Of a stretch of DNA of 64,000 nt, positions 50,630 to 64,000 are shown piece after piece; positions within the stretch are counted from its first letter, which is position 1; each line of letters starts with the position of its first letter. The DNA lies in assembly GCA_951406725.2 (NCBI GenBank), contig OX597814.1:164238001-164302000 (forward strand), in the 5' to 3' direction. The translations under genes were made by a program, and so were the position numbers. Source of the DNA: Octopus vulgaris (taxonomy: Eukaryota). The notes beneath the pieces are model-generated. The model searched no databases. It was not told the DNA's origin and was given only the letters and a program-made list of their open reading frames with translations.

Positions 50630-51017
50630 TCTTTATATATAAAAGTGAAGTTGTGTGTCTGTCTCCTACGATTTAGATTCCTAACTACTCCCACATTTTG
50701 CGGTGCAGTTTAACCAAAACCGGGTATCTTATAGTCGTGATTCATATCGAGCCCTTCTGGGTATTAGCGCGCGTCTACGATGAGTCTACGATTAAAAAAA
50801 AAAATTACCATAATTTTTTTCCATTTTTTCGCTATTATATATGGGAAGTAACTCTCTAAAAATGTCTACAATGAGTCAACGATTTAAAAAAAAAATTACC
50901 ATCATTTTTTTCCCATTTTTAATGCATTTTTTTGCTACTTTTTGGCTATAACTCTGTAAAAACGCTTATATAGTTATTTCCCTTACAAACCCGAGCAACG
51001 CCGGGCGATACTGCTAG
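50630..51017 (+). mobile_element. Non-autonomous Helitron
   Basis: A|TCTTTATATATAAAAGTGAAGTTG...cccgagcaacgccgggcgatactgCTAG|T, with an internal tandem duplication. Confidence 0.88.
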
Positions 51018-53302
51018 TTGCATATAATTTGACACTGCTTTCAGTATAGAATCACACTATCAGAAAATGTTATTCTTAAACGTGCTTTAAAATATTAATC
51101 TTGATTTAACACACATACACACACGGACACATACGGACACAAACATTCACACGCAGCTGAGCTATTTGTAGCTATCTATCTGTCTGTCTGTCCGTCTGTC
51201 TGTCTATACGCATTTGCAGTCAGATGTCTATGTGTGTGTATTTGTGTAAGTGCGTGTGAAAGGATAATATACGATTTCGGTTAAATGTACTTCCATATAT
51301 AACCATGCACTAAGTTCCCTTTATATTTATGACTTCAAGCAATCTAAAATGGAAATGAGAAAATTGTCTTATTGCACTAACAGATAATTTATGAGGTTTC
51401 CTATAACTGTAAATGTACACATGATGTCTATAAGTTTTAGTTAGTGTTCTGGAAAGTGAGGTCAATAGATCTTCATTCAGTTGTTGTCGTTGTTTGCTCC
51501 ACCTCAGTCCAAGTAATATGCTCTGGTTTACATGATCAAATATGACCATTTCATATGATGGTTGAATGTGATTTAAAAGAGATTTGACCGCCGTTTCTAG
51601 CAGGTGAGTGATAGCGCACAATCTCTTACATTGGCTTTCACATTTGTGTTGTGAACACCGTATCAAGCTCACCAGGTTAAAAGATTTTGCAAGAATAACG
51701 AGAACTGTACTTCAGATAAAATGTTTAATACATGGAAAGAATTCTAAAAAATAAAGTAGAACGATGAAAACACTCACCATAAAAGCATGAAGGAGAGAAA
51801 GCAGAATTACAAAACAAGAAATTAATATATGTAGAACATCAATAAAGCATTGCCATACTGTATAAGTGATAGACGTGGGAGACATATAGGATGATGTGAA
51901 AAACTGTTTGTTCCTAATTTTCAATTTTATCCCATGAGCGCTTTCGAGCTACAAGAGGACTTCAGACGAACTGCGATAGAAGACTAATATCGACAACTGT
52001 GAGTCCCAGTCGAAACTGTAGGATGGACACACACATCTTTATTGTTCTGTGAGACTGAAAATGTACGGCATCTATCTTCGATTTAAAGTCGACTTCAGCT
52101 GTCTAATGATAAGAGCTTCGGCATACACTTCCGATTTGCTCGTTCATAATGTCGTTCCAAAAATCCCTTTCTTTAAATGTTATCCATATCTTTACTGAAA
52201 CAATCTACTTGGTGGAATCGATATGAAGTAGCGCGCTATTAATTTGGTGTATGATTCATTCTTTCTGTCGATCCGTTTGCCAGTCTGTCCGTCTGTCTCC
52301 GTCTCTGTCTGTCTCTCTTTCTCTCTAGGATGTTTGAATGACTACATCCATACAGCAACTGATAAATCAATTTGGTATCTAAACATGTTATTATGATCAC
52401 AGTCATGTCTGTCGTTCTCTGTTCATATCGGACAGCAACCAAAATAGACCGGTTATTGTTGTTGTTAATCGATGTGGATTCCTCATGGACTCGCCTTGTT
52501 TTTTGATACTTTGATGCGGAGTTCAAATTTTCAAAATCAGTTCCTTAATCTTTTCTCCGTTTGCTCTCTACAATAGCACAAGCTCCTGTAGACCCTATCT
52601 TTGTTATTCCATTTCCCTTTCATTCATCCGCTATCAGAATGACTGACATCAGTACCTGACTGTCAAAAGGTTATCGGATGCTGGTGTCGGTCTTCTCAAT
52701 AGAATGCACTTACCTCACAAACCACCGCTTGTAGTCACTAACGAACAATATTAGTCAGAGGTTTTTAGTCACAGCTCTTTCTAGTTTGGCTCATCGCATA
52801 TGGACATGCAGCGGGCAGATTCGTTCGCTGCGACTTTTGGAGTTATAGTTTCTGAGTCACTGAGTGTCACACGGTTCCGAATCTCATTTGCCGTTATTAA
52901 CTTTACATATCAGCCCGCCCGAACCCGTTGCAACTTGAAAGCGCTCAGAAATAAAATTAAAATTTCAAATCAACAGCAAAGTTTCTCACGTCATCCGTTA
53001 ACAGTTCATTTATTTGCTTATTTGTTTATATGTGGTTTTTGCTACCTATATCGTACGTAATTACATGGTGTCACTGTATAGAAAAAACAGGTTGCATGAG
53101 ATACATCAGTACATTCTCTCTCTCCCTATACACACATACACACACACATACATACATACATACATACATACATACATACATACATACATACATACATACA
53201 TACATACATACATACATACATGCATGCATACATACATACATACATACATACATACATACATACATACATACGTACGTATGTATGTATGTATGCATGTTCG
53301 TG

Positions 53303-53357
<55 letters not shown>

Positions 53358-53399
53358 GAATGTATGTGTGCATGTTCGTGCGTGTTTGTGTGTATATAC

Positions 53400-53475
<76 letters not shown>

Positions 53476-53829
53476 TACCATCTATGTATCATACTTAAAG
53501 CATATACACAATGGCAGGCAAGATGCTACGATTTTCGTCCGAGATAAAATCTCGCATGACATGTGTTAAAAGTATTATATGTCGAAGTATATTAAAAACA
53601 ATATACGTCGGAAGGAAACGAAAAATCGCCTCGATTAACACTAAAGAGAATGCCAGAGGAATTCCACCCTTCTTGACTCTTGTTAATTACGTGTACTTGC
53701 AGCCACATGCCTAGACGGAATTTTTCGCCTCTGAAATGTAAGAAACAGTGAATAGTGCATTCACTGATATTGCAAATAACCGTCAGGCAGAATGAAAAAT
53801 TCAGTGTATGCAATAAAAGTAGCATTTAC

Positions 53830-54072
53830 ATATTTGTTTGTGCTTGCGTGTACTTGTGTGAGAATGTGTGCATCTTTATTTGTCTCATACCACTGTTCGG
53901 TATTCGTTTGCTTTCGTCCTTGTAACTTAGCGGTTTGGCAAAAGTGTACGATAGTATAAGTACAGATTTGAAATAGGCTCTGGGATCGATTTGCTCAGTT
54001 CAACGATCAAGGTATTGCTGAAATATGACCATGGTCAAATGAAATCAGTGAAAGAATGTAAGAATAAAAGGA
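53830..54072 (+). mobile_element. Degraded SINE family A 3' half
   Basis: gtaacttagcggtttggcaaaag...gatcgatttgctc. Confidence 0.7.
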
Positions 54073-54091
54073 TACATATTTCTCCCATGTA

Positions 54092-54592
54092 CCGTAAATC
54101 CTCGAGTATAATACGCAGGGGATTTTTAGGGAGGTGTACCGCTGAAAAACCTAAACCTTGTGTATAATACGCACCCCTTCTCTAACTTCACTCAAGGAGG
54201 TCTATATAACGTCCTTGGTTTGTAAAAATGTATACGGTAACGTCCTTTATTATTATTGTATATATAACGATGCAAACGTGTAGCTTTTTTGTGCATTTTG
54301 TTTGCAGAAAATAAAGAAATAACAGTTGTAACAGTAATAATGTTTAATAAATGTTGCTTACTGCAAGTTATGGATGATTCTTTTGTGGATTCATTGCTTT
54401 CAGGCTTAGCTTAAGCTATTTTTGCAACCGACATCACAAAATGCGCCTGAATAAACATTGCCGGACAACAAATAGAGACTCGGACATTACTTAGAAAATG
54501 ATTTTCATTTTTAACCTCGTATATAGTACGTACTAGGGATTTTGACCTTTAAATTTTGGGGAAAAATGTGGATTATACTCCAGGATTTACGG
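54092..54592 (+). mobile_element. Tc1/mariner-superfamily (Tc2/pogo-type) MITE, copy 1
   Basis: TA-CCGTAAATCCTCGAGTATAA ... TTATACTCCAGGATTTACGG-TA. Confidence 0.88.
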
Positions 54593-55105
54593 TATATCAG
54601 TGAAAGATGCTTGAGTCAAAGAGAAATCCGAAAAATTGTAGTCGTTTGAACGAAGTCTCTTGTGATATGTATTCTGCACCGCGTTATACAGATATTCTCT
54701 TTGTACATCAAAAATGATAACTAGCAATAGGCTTGCCAGAAACGTACACCATTGACGTTATTGTTCAACGACTGTGATGTAAAGGAAAAAATAAAATTAA
54801 AAATCCGAGGTGGTGACTCATTAAAGATGTTGAGAAGAGGAAAAAGTATAACGCGCGCGCGTGTGTGTGTGTGCGCGTCTAAGTGGTACACAACAAATGA
54901 GTTTAGAAGAAAAGGAGCATTTGTTCTATCAACGGAAGAGACAAGACCGCGAAGGATACAAAGAGAAAATGGTGTACGGAAGACGAAATATAGAAGACAG
55001 ACAAATGGAGAGTGGGAGACAAAATGTTACTAAATAATAATAGCAGTAGTGATTCCGCTGAGGTTGATTTTGCCTTTCATCCTTTTGGGGTCGATAAAAT
55101 AAGTA

Positions 55106-55604
55106 CCGTAAATCCGCATTTTCCCCTCAAAATTTAAAGGTCAAAATCCCTAGTGCATACTATATACGAAGTTAAAAATGAAAATTATTTTCTAAGCAAT
55201 GTCCGAGTCTCTATTTGCTGTCCGGCAATGTTTATTCAGATGCATTTTGTGATGTCGGGCGCGAAAATACCTTAAGCTAAGCCTGAAAGCAATGAAGTCA
55301 TAAAAGAATCATCCATAACTTGCACTAAGCAACATTTATTAAAAGTTATTACTGTTATTACTGTTATTTCTTTATTTTCTGCAAACAAAATGCACAAAAA
55401 GCTACACGTTTGCATTATGTTATATATACAATAATAATAATAAAGGACGTTACCGTATACATTTTTACAAACCAAGAATGTTATATAGACCTCCTTGAGT
55501 GAAGTTAGAGAAGTTACACAAGGTTTAGGTTTTTCAGAAGTACAGCCCCCTAAAAAAACCCTGCGTATTATACTCAAAGGCGGACTATACTCAAGGATTT
55601 ACGG
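55106..55604 (-). mobile_element. Same MITE, copy 2, inverted and inserted into a SINE B (55055-55690)
   Basis: TA-CCGTAAATCC ... GGATTTACGG-TA. Body is the reverse complement of copy 1. It splits the SINE B at aagTA|ctagttgag. Confidence 0.88.
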
Positions 55605-55709
55605 TACTAGTTGAGCAGTGAGGTTGATGTAATCGACTAGCCCATCCTCCCGTCACCTGAAATTACTGGCCTTGTACCGGAATATGAAACCACCACCACC
55701 AACAACAAC

Positions 55710-55818
<109 letters not shown>

Positions 55819-56301
55819 AATATATATACTGATCAAATGCAGAGATAAAGAGATTGAGATGTTTGTATATAGCGAATATGCACGCAAGAAAAAATTCGAA
55901 AATAGGAAAGAGATGGTGAGATATAATGAAACAAAAAAAAAAAAAGAAAGAAAAAATGAAATGAAATGAGGAAATAGATAAAGAAAAAAATAAAGAAAGT
56001 GAAAGATTGAAATAGGAGGAGATAAAATATGAATGAACACAGTTTTCTGTGAGATAAGATGGTAACGTCACATGTATGTAAGTTATTTATATGTTTGCAG
56101 CACGGAAACTGTATCATTGTTGGGTGATATATTTACTCTTTGAATTATGTGGTGGTATCTTTAACGAGGGCTATGATACGGAGTAAACAAACCCATCAAC
56201 CACTCAGGCAATACTTATATCCATCTAACACACGCACACACGCACACGCACACGCACACGCACACGCACACGCATGCATGCACACACGCACACGCACACG
56301 C

Positions 56302-56365
<64 letters not shown>

Positions 56366-56473
56366 CTGTATCAGCTGTTAGCAACACTTCTGACTTGATG
56401 CGACATTGAACTCGTTGTCATTCATTTGTCAATCTCATGTTTTCAAGGGTCGAACTTACCTAATAAATACGTA

Positions 56474-56853
56474 ATTACCTCTGCCTTGGCGAAGGCAGGG
56501 GTGTTGTTTTCAGTCGTATTTGTTTGTTTGTCTGTCTGTCCGTGGACAAAATATCTCAAGAACCGCTGGATAGATGGATTCGGATGAAACATTCAGGGAT
56601 GTTTGGCCTCGTGACTGGCACGAACTAATTAGATTTTGGGATCAATCCAGTACTGGACAAGGATTCTGGATTATTTTTCCTGTTTCTTTTACTTAACCTT
56701 TGAGAGCGGTCGGGTTCATTTTCAGTATTCTCGTTTGTGAGAGCAGTCGAGTTTATTTCAGATATTCTCATTTAAAAAATCATCTCTGGCTAATTGTTGA
56801 GAGAACGTTGGTTTTGCTTTGGCAGAGGTTTGCACTCTCTGAGTGCTCTTGTT
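56474..56853 (+). mobile_element. Non-autonomous Helentron-type element (HINE/DINE-1-like)
   Basis: Subterminal IRs acctctgcc / ggcagaggt, 5' hairpin, (GTTT)/(GTCT) microsatellite and 3' stem-loop gcactc-tct-gagtgc. Confidence 0.8.
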
Positions 56854-56870
56854 ATTTATTGATTTAACTG

Positions 56871-57283
56871 AGGCGCAGGAGTGGCTGTGTGGTAAGTAGC
56901 TTGCTAACCAACCACATGGTTCCGGGTTCAGTCCCACTGCGTGGCATCTTGGGCAAGTGTCTTCTGCTATAGCCTCGGGCCGACCAATGCCTTGTGAGTG
57001 GATTTGGTAGACGGAAACTGAAAGAAGCCCGTCGTATATATGTATATATATATAAGTGTGTGTGTGTATATGTTTGTGTGTCTGTGTTTGTCCCTCTAGC
57101 ATTGCTTGACAACCGATGCTGGTGTGTTTACGTGCACGTCACTTAGCGGTTCGGCAAAAGAGACCGATAGAATAAGTACTGGGCTTACAAAGAATAAGTC
57201 CCGGGGTCGATTTGCTCGACTAAAGGCGGTGCTCCAGCATGGCCGCAGTCAAATGACTGAAACAAGTAAAAGAGTAAAGAGTA
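56871..57283 (+). mobile_element. SINE family A, full length
   Basis: ggcgcaggagtggctgtgtggtaag...aagtaaaagagtaaagag. Confidence 0.93.
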
Positions 57284-57888
57284 AAACGTTTCGCCCAGTC
57301 GTAATTTCGAGTTTATGGTCCTGCAGTGTTTGTCAATGAATTCATAACGGATATAAAAGCTGCACACTCGGCTACCTTCATGCCGTTGAACATTTCAAAT
57401 GTGAAACGTAGAAGTTTGGGTACAAATAGGGAAGTACCTGGGTTAAACTTAAGTTACTAGAACCAGGACCTCTCTTTTATCAAACCAAGGCAACTGAAAC
57501 CTTTGTATCAAGAGCAAGCTCATTGTACCACCGACCACACTTGTTCTCCTGAACATACTCATAGTTGTTTCTAAATATGAAGGACAAGGCAACTATATTC
57601 TCAGCAGCACTCTACTATATTTATGATTGCCAAATTGTTACTTGGTTGCTCAAGAATAAACTTTACAAGACACATTTTTAGTTGGGTGCATGCTGGAATA
57701 AAGTAGATTACCTGAAGCTAGTTTAAAGCGATAGTATCAAAAATATTATTATGTATGAATACTAAGATTGAAAGCAATGGATATATATATATATATATAT
57801 ATATATTAGTTGAAAAGTAAACAAATGATAAACAGACGCTATATGGGTTCTATCAGAGGAAAGTAGTCTGATACTCTCTCTCTCTCTC

Positions 57889-58319
57889 TCTTTACTCTTT
57901 TACTTGTTTCAAGTCATGTGACTGTGGCCATGCTGGAGCACCGCCTCTAGTCGAGAAAATCGACCCCAGGACTTATTCTTTGTAAGCCTAGTACTTATCC
58001 TATCGGTCTCTTTTGTCGAACCGCTAAGTTACGGGGACGTAAACACACCACCATCGGTTGTCAAGCGATGTTGGGGGGACAAACACAAACACACAAACAC
58101 ATACACACACATATATATACATATACATATATACATATACATATATACATATATACGACGGGCTTCTTTCAGTTTCCGTCTACCAAATCCACTCACAAGG
58201 CTTTGGTCAGCCCGAGGCTATAGTAGAAGATACTTGCCCAAGGTGCCACGCAGTGGGACTGAACTCGGAACCATGTGGTTGGTAAGCAAGCTACTTACCA
58301 CACAGCCACTCCTACGCCT
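57889..58319 (-). mobile_element. SINE family A, full length
   Basis: Reverse complement of family A. Confidence 0.93.
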
Positions 58320-58678
58320 ATAGTATATTATCATACTGAAATGCAGAGCTAAATCATACACTAATATAGTGTTTATGAAGTGTTATTACGTTAGGTCTGA
58401 GTAATAATTTCAAGCTTACGAGTAAAGTCTGAAGTACAAGGTTTAATGTAAAAATGTATTGGTTAAACATTTTTAGGCTTATAGACAACAGTTGAAGGCG
58501 GGTAACTGTGTATTGCAATTCAATGCTGGTGAGTAGACATTCACAGACACTAAAAATAAGGTGGAGACTACTTTGGGGCTGAGACAACGTAGGCACACAT
58601 CCAGTAGTATACTGGATATTTAATATCCCTCAGATGGTTTCTTAACCTCTAACTCATACAGTCACACACACACGCGCA

Positions 58679-58773
<95 letters not shown>

Positions 58774-58802
58774 GCACACACACGTGTATGTATGTATGTA
58801 TG

Positions 58803-58855
<53 letters not shown>

Positions 58856-60066
58856 GCAAATTTGTTCGTGAAAATGCACCTAAATTTGAAAAACTAGTTT
58901 CAACAATATTTTTTTGTTTATCAATGGTAAAAATTGTGACCAAGGTGGATAATGATGAGCTGGAAACTGTAGTCAAAGCGGATAGATCTCAAACTTTACC
59001 TTTCAACATTTCAGGGTCGATAGAATAAGTACCAGTTACGTACTGGTATCTATTTAATTGACTTTTCCGCTACTCCAAACATGCTGGCTGGCTGGCTTTG
59101 TGCCAAATTTGAAATCAATATTTGGAATTTCTGATGAACTCACCTGTCTTTTGGGGAAAGAGATATAAGTATCTTTTGTAAATTTATTTCTTATACTCCC
59201 CCATCTTAACTGATTTCTATAACTAAACGTAACTAAAATGGCATTATCTTTAATTGAATACTATTGATGCAAATTCAATTTTCTTTTAAGTATATATAAA
59301 AAATAGCTCTATCGAAGAGATTTGAATGGAAACACGCGTGCGGTTTTATAAAATAACTCTTTAAATACACACAGAGTATAACAATCTTATTGATATTCGA
59401 TTTTTAACTTATAGCAAAAGTTATCTAGCCGTCCTTGTGGGATTTCCACTGTTAGTTTGCAAAGTATAAGGATATTGGAAGTTAATAACGAACTCCGAAA
59501 CAAGTATCTAAAGAGTTTATTTTGAGAATAGTCAATATAGGTAGTAATAATGGTAAAGCCTTTGGACAGAACGTCTTTGGAAACTACAATCTTTGTTGTA
59601 CACATAATCTTTTCTATCTTGAGAGCTATTATTTATTATTTTATCTTTCCGTAAAGAAGAGAATGCACTCTTGAAAGAGCTACATATAATTGTCTATGAT
59701 TAAAATTTTTGAAAATAAGTTGATAGTTTTTAGGAAATTCGTTAAACAATGTTACCTATGGAACAAAATCGAAGACAGGACCTAGATTTGGTATTATTCT
59801 GCCACAACATGTAGATTATAGTTTAACAAATCTTAATGCGTTTTGCTGCAGCCTTATTTTCATATCAGAGAAACAAAAAAATGCTTTTAGGTGGGCCAAA
59901 TGATAAAGTACAGTAGCTACTCCACAGAACTGTGGATTCTAAAAAAAAAATATAATATATATATGTCGCATTTTATTTATAATATTAATTTATCAGTTAG
60001 TTGTCATATCAATAAGCAAAATATCTTATAACAATTCTGTTCGTCATTGCGTTACTTACCCGTCGA

Positions 60067-60345
60067 TAATGCTTTCACGTGATTAGAGAAAAAGAGGGAG
60101 AAGGAAAAGAGGGAAAGAGAAAAAGAGGGAGGGGGAAAAGGAGGGAGAAAAAGGGGAGAGAGAAGCATCCATGACGTGAGGTAGAGGGAATGCAATTGTA
60201 ATGCTTTCATGTGATTAGTTGAAGGGAAAGAGAGCAGAGGGAAAAAGGAGAGAGAAAAGAGGATAAGGCGAAGAGTGAGGCTGAAAGAGGGAGAAAGAAA
60301 AAGAGGGAGAAAGAAGCGTCCATGACATGAGGTAGGGGGAACGTA
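60067..60345 (+). repeat. ~135-bp tandem duplication with purine-rich cores
   Basis: taatgctttca.gtgattag...gaagc.tccatgac.tgaggtag occurs twice. A Helitron-like hairpin + CTAG end follows at ~60950-60977. Confidence 0.75.
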
Positions 60346-61100
60346 ATATTTGTTACGTGGTTAAAAAAGTTAGTTGAAGGTAGAGGAGGAGAGTTAAAAA
60401 TATAATTTTAGCAGAGGGGTGATGTTCTGATGGTGAGGTTAAAGAAAGGCAGAGAGAGGAGAGAGAGAAAGAGGGGGGGGGGAAAGAAATGATGATGATG
60501 ATGATGTATTGGAGGTGGAGGTGTGGTGAGTAAATAATGAAAAGTGTATTTTTTTAATTGAATTAAGTTTTTTTATATCGCCTATTACTTAACGCATGCG
60601 CACAAGTGCAATTCCGTGAAATATGCTTATTTATGGCAGATATATGCAATTTAACTAACGGTTATATCATATGTATGGGCTATTTTTTGTTTATGGGAAA
60701 AAATGGAAAAATAAGAGTGAATATTTATTTTATGAGTGCTGAGTATTGTCTATAAAATTGTGCATAAAATATATAAAGTGAATATATAAAAATATAAAGT
60801 GCATTAAGTAATCATCGTATTCTAGTTTCTTTCTCTTTTTAATGAGTAGTAGATGAGCGACTCTTTTTCCATACAGACGCAACGAGGGCTACGCTTTCAG
60901 GTTTTTTGGATACAGTTTTCAGAAATAACCCAATAGGTTTATCATTAATTCCGTGAAAAATTCACAGGTCCCGCTAGTTATAAATAATGTATCAATAATA
61001 GATTGTTTTCAATTTCAACCTATGGTTTATCATCCAATTTTTAAGAAATAATAGAAAAGTTGCTTGCATAAAAGGTTGTGCTTTCGATTTCATTTCACAG

Positions 61101-61172
61101 GGCTTGTTTAAAGCGTTACGCGTATTGACATTAAAAGGATAACAGATTAAAACCAACTTGCCTACACAACAG
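61101..61172 (+). other. Candidate 72-bp non-coding (5'UTR) exon of the GPCR
   Basis: Acceptor tttcatttcacAG at 61100 and donor CAG|GTAAAC at 61172/61173. No ATG, and an in-frame TAA relative to the downstream ATG. Lies ~1 kb upstream of the coding exon. Confidence 0.45.
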
Positions 61173-62130
61173 GTAAACGAATCTGGATGTGACGGAATTC
61201 GAACTGAAAATTCACTGAACGTATCTAGCTACCGTACATTTTCTAGTCTAGTACTCTTCTGTCTACTAACCACCGCGCAACCCACGTTTGTGCAGGTTTC
61301 ATTAATTTGGCCATTTAAAACAATATATCTTCCACTCATTTTATCGAATACTAAAAAGGTGTTATGCTGTATCATAAAATTATCAACGATATCCTGTTTC
61401 AACCCATCTATTATACATTGTGATGTGTCTAGATTATCGTGGTAATGACATAAGGATGAAATAGTACAGAAAACCTTATATTAAATTTTCTTTCTCTTCA
61501 AAAACTATTTGAATGTAACTGTCCGTTTGCTATTATGGCATATCAATTGTATTATTATCAATTAGTTAAAGGAATGAATATTTACTTGAATATTTAAAGA
61601 TTTGTTTTAAAGGCCGAAACCTTAATAAAATTGATAAAGCAAGCATTATCGACCTTAAAAAAATAGCTTCGATTTCAGTGGCTTTTGTAAAACTGTTTAT
61701 GTGAGAAACATATATAGTATATTAGCAATATTGAATCTTCGTACATTTGATGGATGGGATCATTATTGGCACATGGAATGCATGTCTGAGGTGGTTGCAA
61801 TTGTCCGTGAACGTCTTTTATAAACCAGCATAATTCCAATTGATTTTGGATCTGTGTGTTTGCTTTAGACAATTGTTATTTTTGATTCAAGGGTGTCTGC
61901 TATTTAGACACAAACTTCTAAGACTATATTATCTAATGTACTCCTCCTTCAAATCTACCTCAAATCACATTGTAATATGTAATATGAAGGAGATTTGGTT
62001 ACCATTTCCAAGAAGTTGGGTGAATGTGTGTAGGCTCTCGTGTTAGCTCATCTTAAACAGTTTTTACGGCCTCTAAATTTAAATGCATTTACTTAATCTA
62101 CTTCATTTATTTTTATCGTTCTCTTTCCAG

Positions 62131-62408
62131 ATGTATGGTAATATGACGGGTAATGGTTCAGTTGGTTCCTTGCAGGCATCTCTCACTTTGGCTGAACTAA
62201 ATGACTTGGAAGCACAAAAATATCTGTTGGTTATAATATTTGTAGCACTGTTAATGTTAGTGGGCACACCTGGAAACATCCTGGTTCTTTATATATATCG
62301 AGGTCGTTTCAAACGTGTCTCTACATCGAACTATTTTATTGAAGCGCTAGCTATCTTTGATCTAATTGCTTGCATGATTGGAATGCCAACAGAAGTGTAT
62401 GATTTGAG
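62131..62408 (+). CDS. First coding exon of a rhodopsin-like (class A) GPCR, N-terminus plus TM1-TM2, peptide-receptor-like
   Basis: Polypyrimidine acceptor ttctctttccAG|ATG at 62130/62131 and donor AG|GTAAGT at 62408/62409. Translation MYGNMTGNGS...LLMLVGTPGNILVLYIY...SNYFIEALAIFDLIACMIGMP shows N-glycosylation sequons NMT/NGS, the TM1 GN motif and the TM2 LAxxD...P motif. The gene continues past the window or in exons not recognised. Confidence 0.9.
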
Positions 62409-62974
62409 GTAAGTGTATAAGTCTTATATAAACTACACAAACGCATAACATATATTCGCATTCAGAGAATTATTAAGAATTGTGAAAAACTATCTTAATG
62501 CTAGATCAGAAATCTTTACTAATGTCACCACTTCGACAAGTACCTTATATAGAAAAAAAAAAAACCCTATTAATCAGGAACAATCACATTTTATGCAATT
62601 CTCTTTTCAGTTATATATCACTCCTTCGACTAGAATTTAAAGCCCTAAAGTAACACAGTTTTTGATACCTTATACTTCAATTTGATAATTTCCCACACTC
62701 ATTTCTTATAACAGTCTTTACTTTCACTCCTTCATTGGTCATATTTTTAAAAAAAATCCTTCGTTAAACAGCTACAAAAGGGAAATGACCCACCCGACAT
62801 TATATACACAAGTAATGGACCGTTACAACTTTTTAACCACACGATGTAACACCCAAAACAGCTTTATTATATGTGTCACAGAAATTTTATACGAGTTAGT
62901 TTGTCGCCTGCTGATAAATTGATGTAAACTGATATGAATCGTTCAGCTACAACGTATTATCATCACTAACGAAT

Positions 62975-63036
<62 letters not shown>

Positions 63037-63042
<6 letters not shown>

Positions 63043-63146
63043 ATCCAAACAAGAAAACACAGAAAAAAAGAGAAAAAAAGTGAAAAAAACACAGCAACGC
63101 AGGACGTGGAACAATTAAAGTATTATTGACGCTCAGGAAAGAAGGG

Positions 63147-63213
<67 letters not shown>

Positions 63214-63316
63214 CATACATACATATATTTTTCTCTCCTTTCCTGAGCGTCCAATAACACTGTTCTTATTCCACGTCCTTGCGTTGTTGTTTTTTCTTGC
63301 TTGTTCATGTTTGGAT

Positions 63317-63322
<6 letters not shown>
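63037..63322. mobile_element. Inverted pair of Penelope-like end fragments around a (TA)n core
   Basis: tagttaatccaaaca...caacgcaggacgtggaa...gacgctcaggaa (63037-63150) pairs with 63226-63322. The acgctcaggaa motif is shared with ~30476 and ~49391. Confidence 0.65.
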
Positions 63323-63363
<41 letters not shown>

Positions 63364-63366
<3 letters not shown>

Positions 63367-63777
63367 TGGCTGTGTGGTAAGTATCTTGCTTACCAATCAC
63401 ATTGTTCCAGCTTCAGTCCCACTGCGTGACACGTTGGGCAAGTGTCTTCTACTATAGCCTCAGGCCGACCAAAGCCCTGTGAGTGGATTTGGTAGACGGA
63501 AACTGAAAAGATGCCCGTCGTATATATGTATATATGTATATATGTATATACATGTGTGTGTGTTTGTGTGTCAGTGTTTGTCCCCCAACATCGCTCGACA
63601 ACCGATGCTGGTGTGTTTATGTCCCCCGTAACTTAGCAGTTCGGCAAAAGAGACCGATAGAATAAGTACTAGGCTTACAAAGAATAAGTCCTGGGGTCGA
63701 TTTGCTCGACTAAAGGTGGTGCTCCAGCATGGCCGCAGTCAAATGACTGAAGCAAGTAAAAAAGTAAAAGAGAGAGT
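63364..63777 (+). mobile_element. SINE family A
   Basis: Full family A. Confidence 0.92.
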
Positions 63778-64000
63778 ATATCATGTGTAATGTGTATGTA
63801 AGTTTGAACATGAATATAACAAAAAAATAATGTTATGAAACAGAAACGAAGAGTTAAACAATGAGAAAGTAAAATAATGAGACGTTTGAAAAAGAGCACT
63901 GAGAGATGATATTTACAAGAGTTGACACATCACATATATCATAAAGCACAATGAAATCATCACAGCACGGCACCTTGGGTACGTGTCTTCTGTTTATAGC

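Noticed and set aside
62083-62130. ORF-track N-terminal extension MHLLNLLHLFLSFSFQ
   Set aside because: Corresponds to the branch point and polypyrimidine tract of the intron.

Overview
AT-rich, microsatellite-dense eukaryotic DNA, most likely a coleoid cephalopod (Octopus-like). This is inferred from the tRNA-head SINE families, RTE/CR1 LINEs and TA/CA/TATG/TATC repeats. Most ORFs in the track are microsatellite or SINE artefacts. The one clear host coding segment is the first coding exon of a class A GPCR (62131-62408, +, TM1-TM2), with candidate non-coding upstream exons at 61101-61172 and ending at 35239. A second gene probably runs leftward from a CpG-rich promoter near 7500, because the first ~6 kb looks CpG-depleted. 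The rest is nested mobile DNA: degraded RTE and CR1 LINEs, two mariner relics, a Tc1 relic, a Buster-type hAT remnant, Tc2/pogo-type and piggyBac-type MITEs, Helitrons, a Helentron-type HINE and more than 30 SINE copies. The most unusual signal is a recurring set of fold-back (palindromic) insertions whose arms carry minimal Penelope-type hammerhead-ribozyme-like motifs. One of these (1825-2382) has a 13-bp target-site duplication and two divergent tRNA-like heads. All calls come from reading the sequence by eye; repeat boundaries are approximate and no database search was run.
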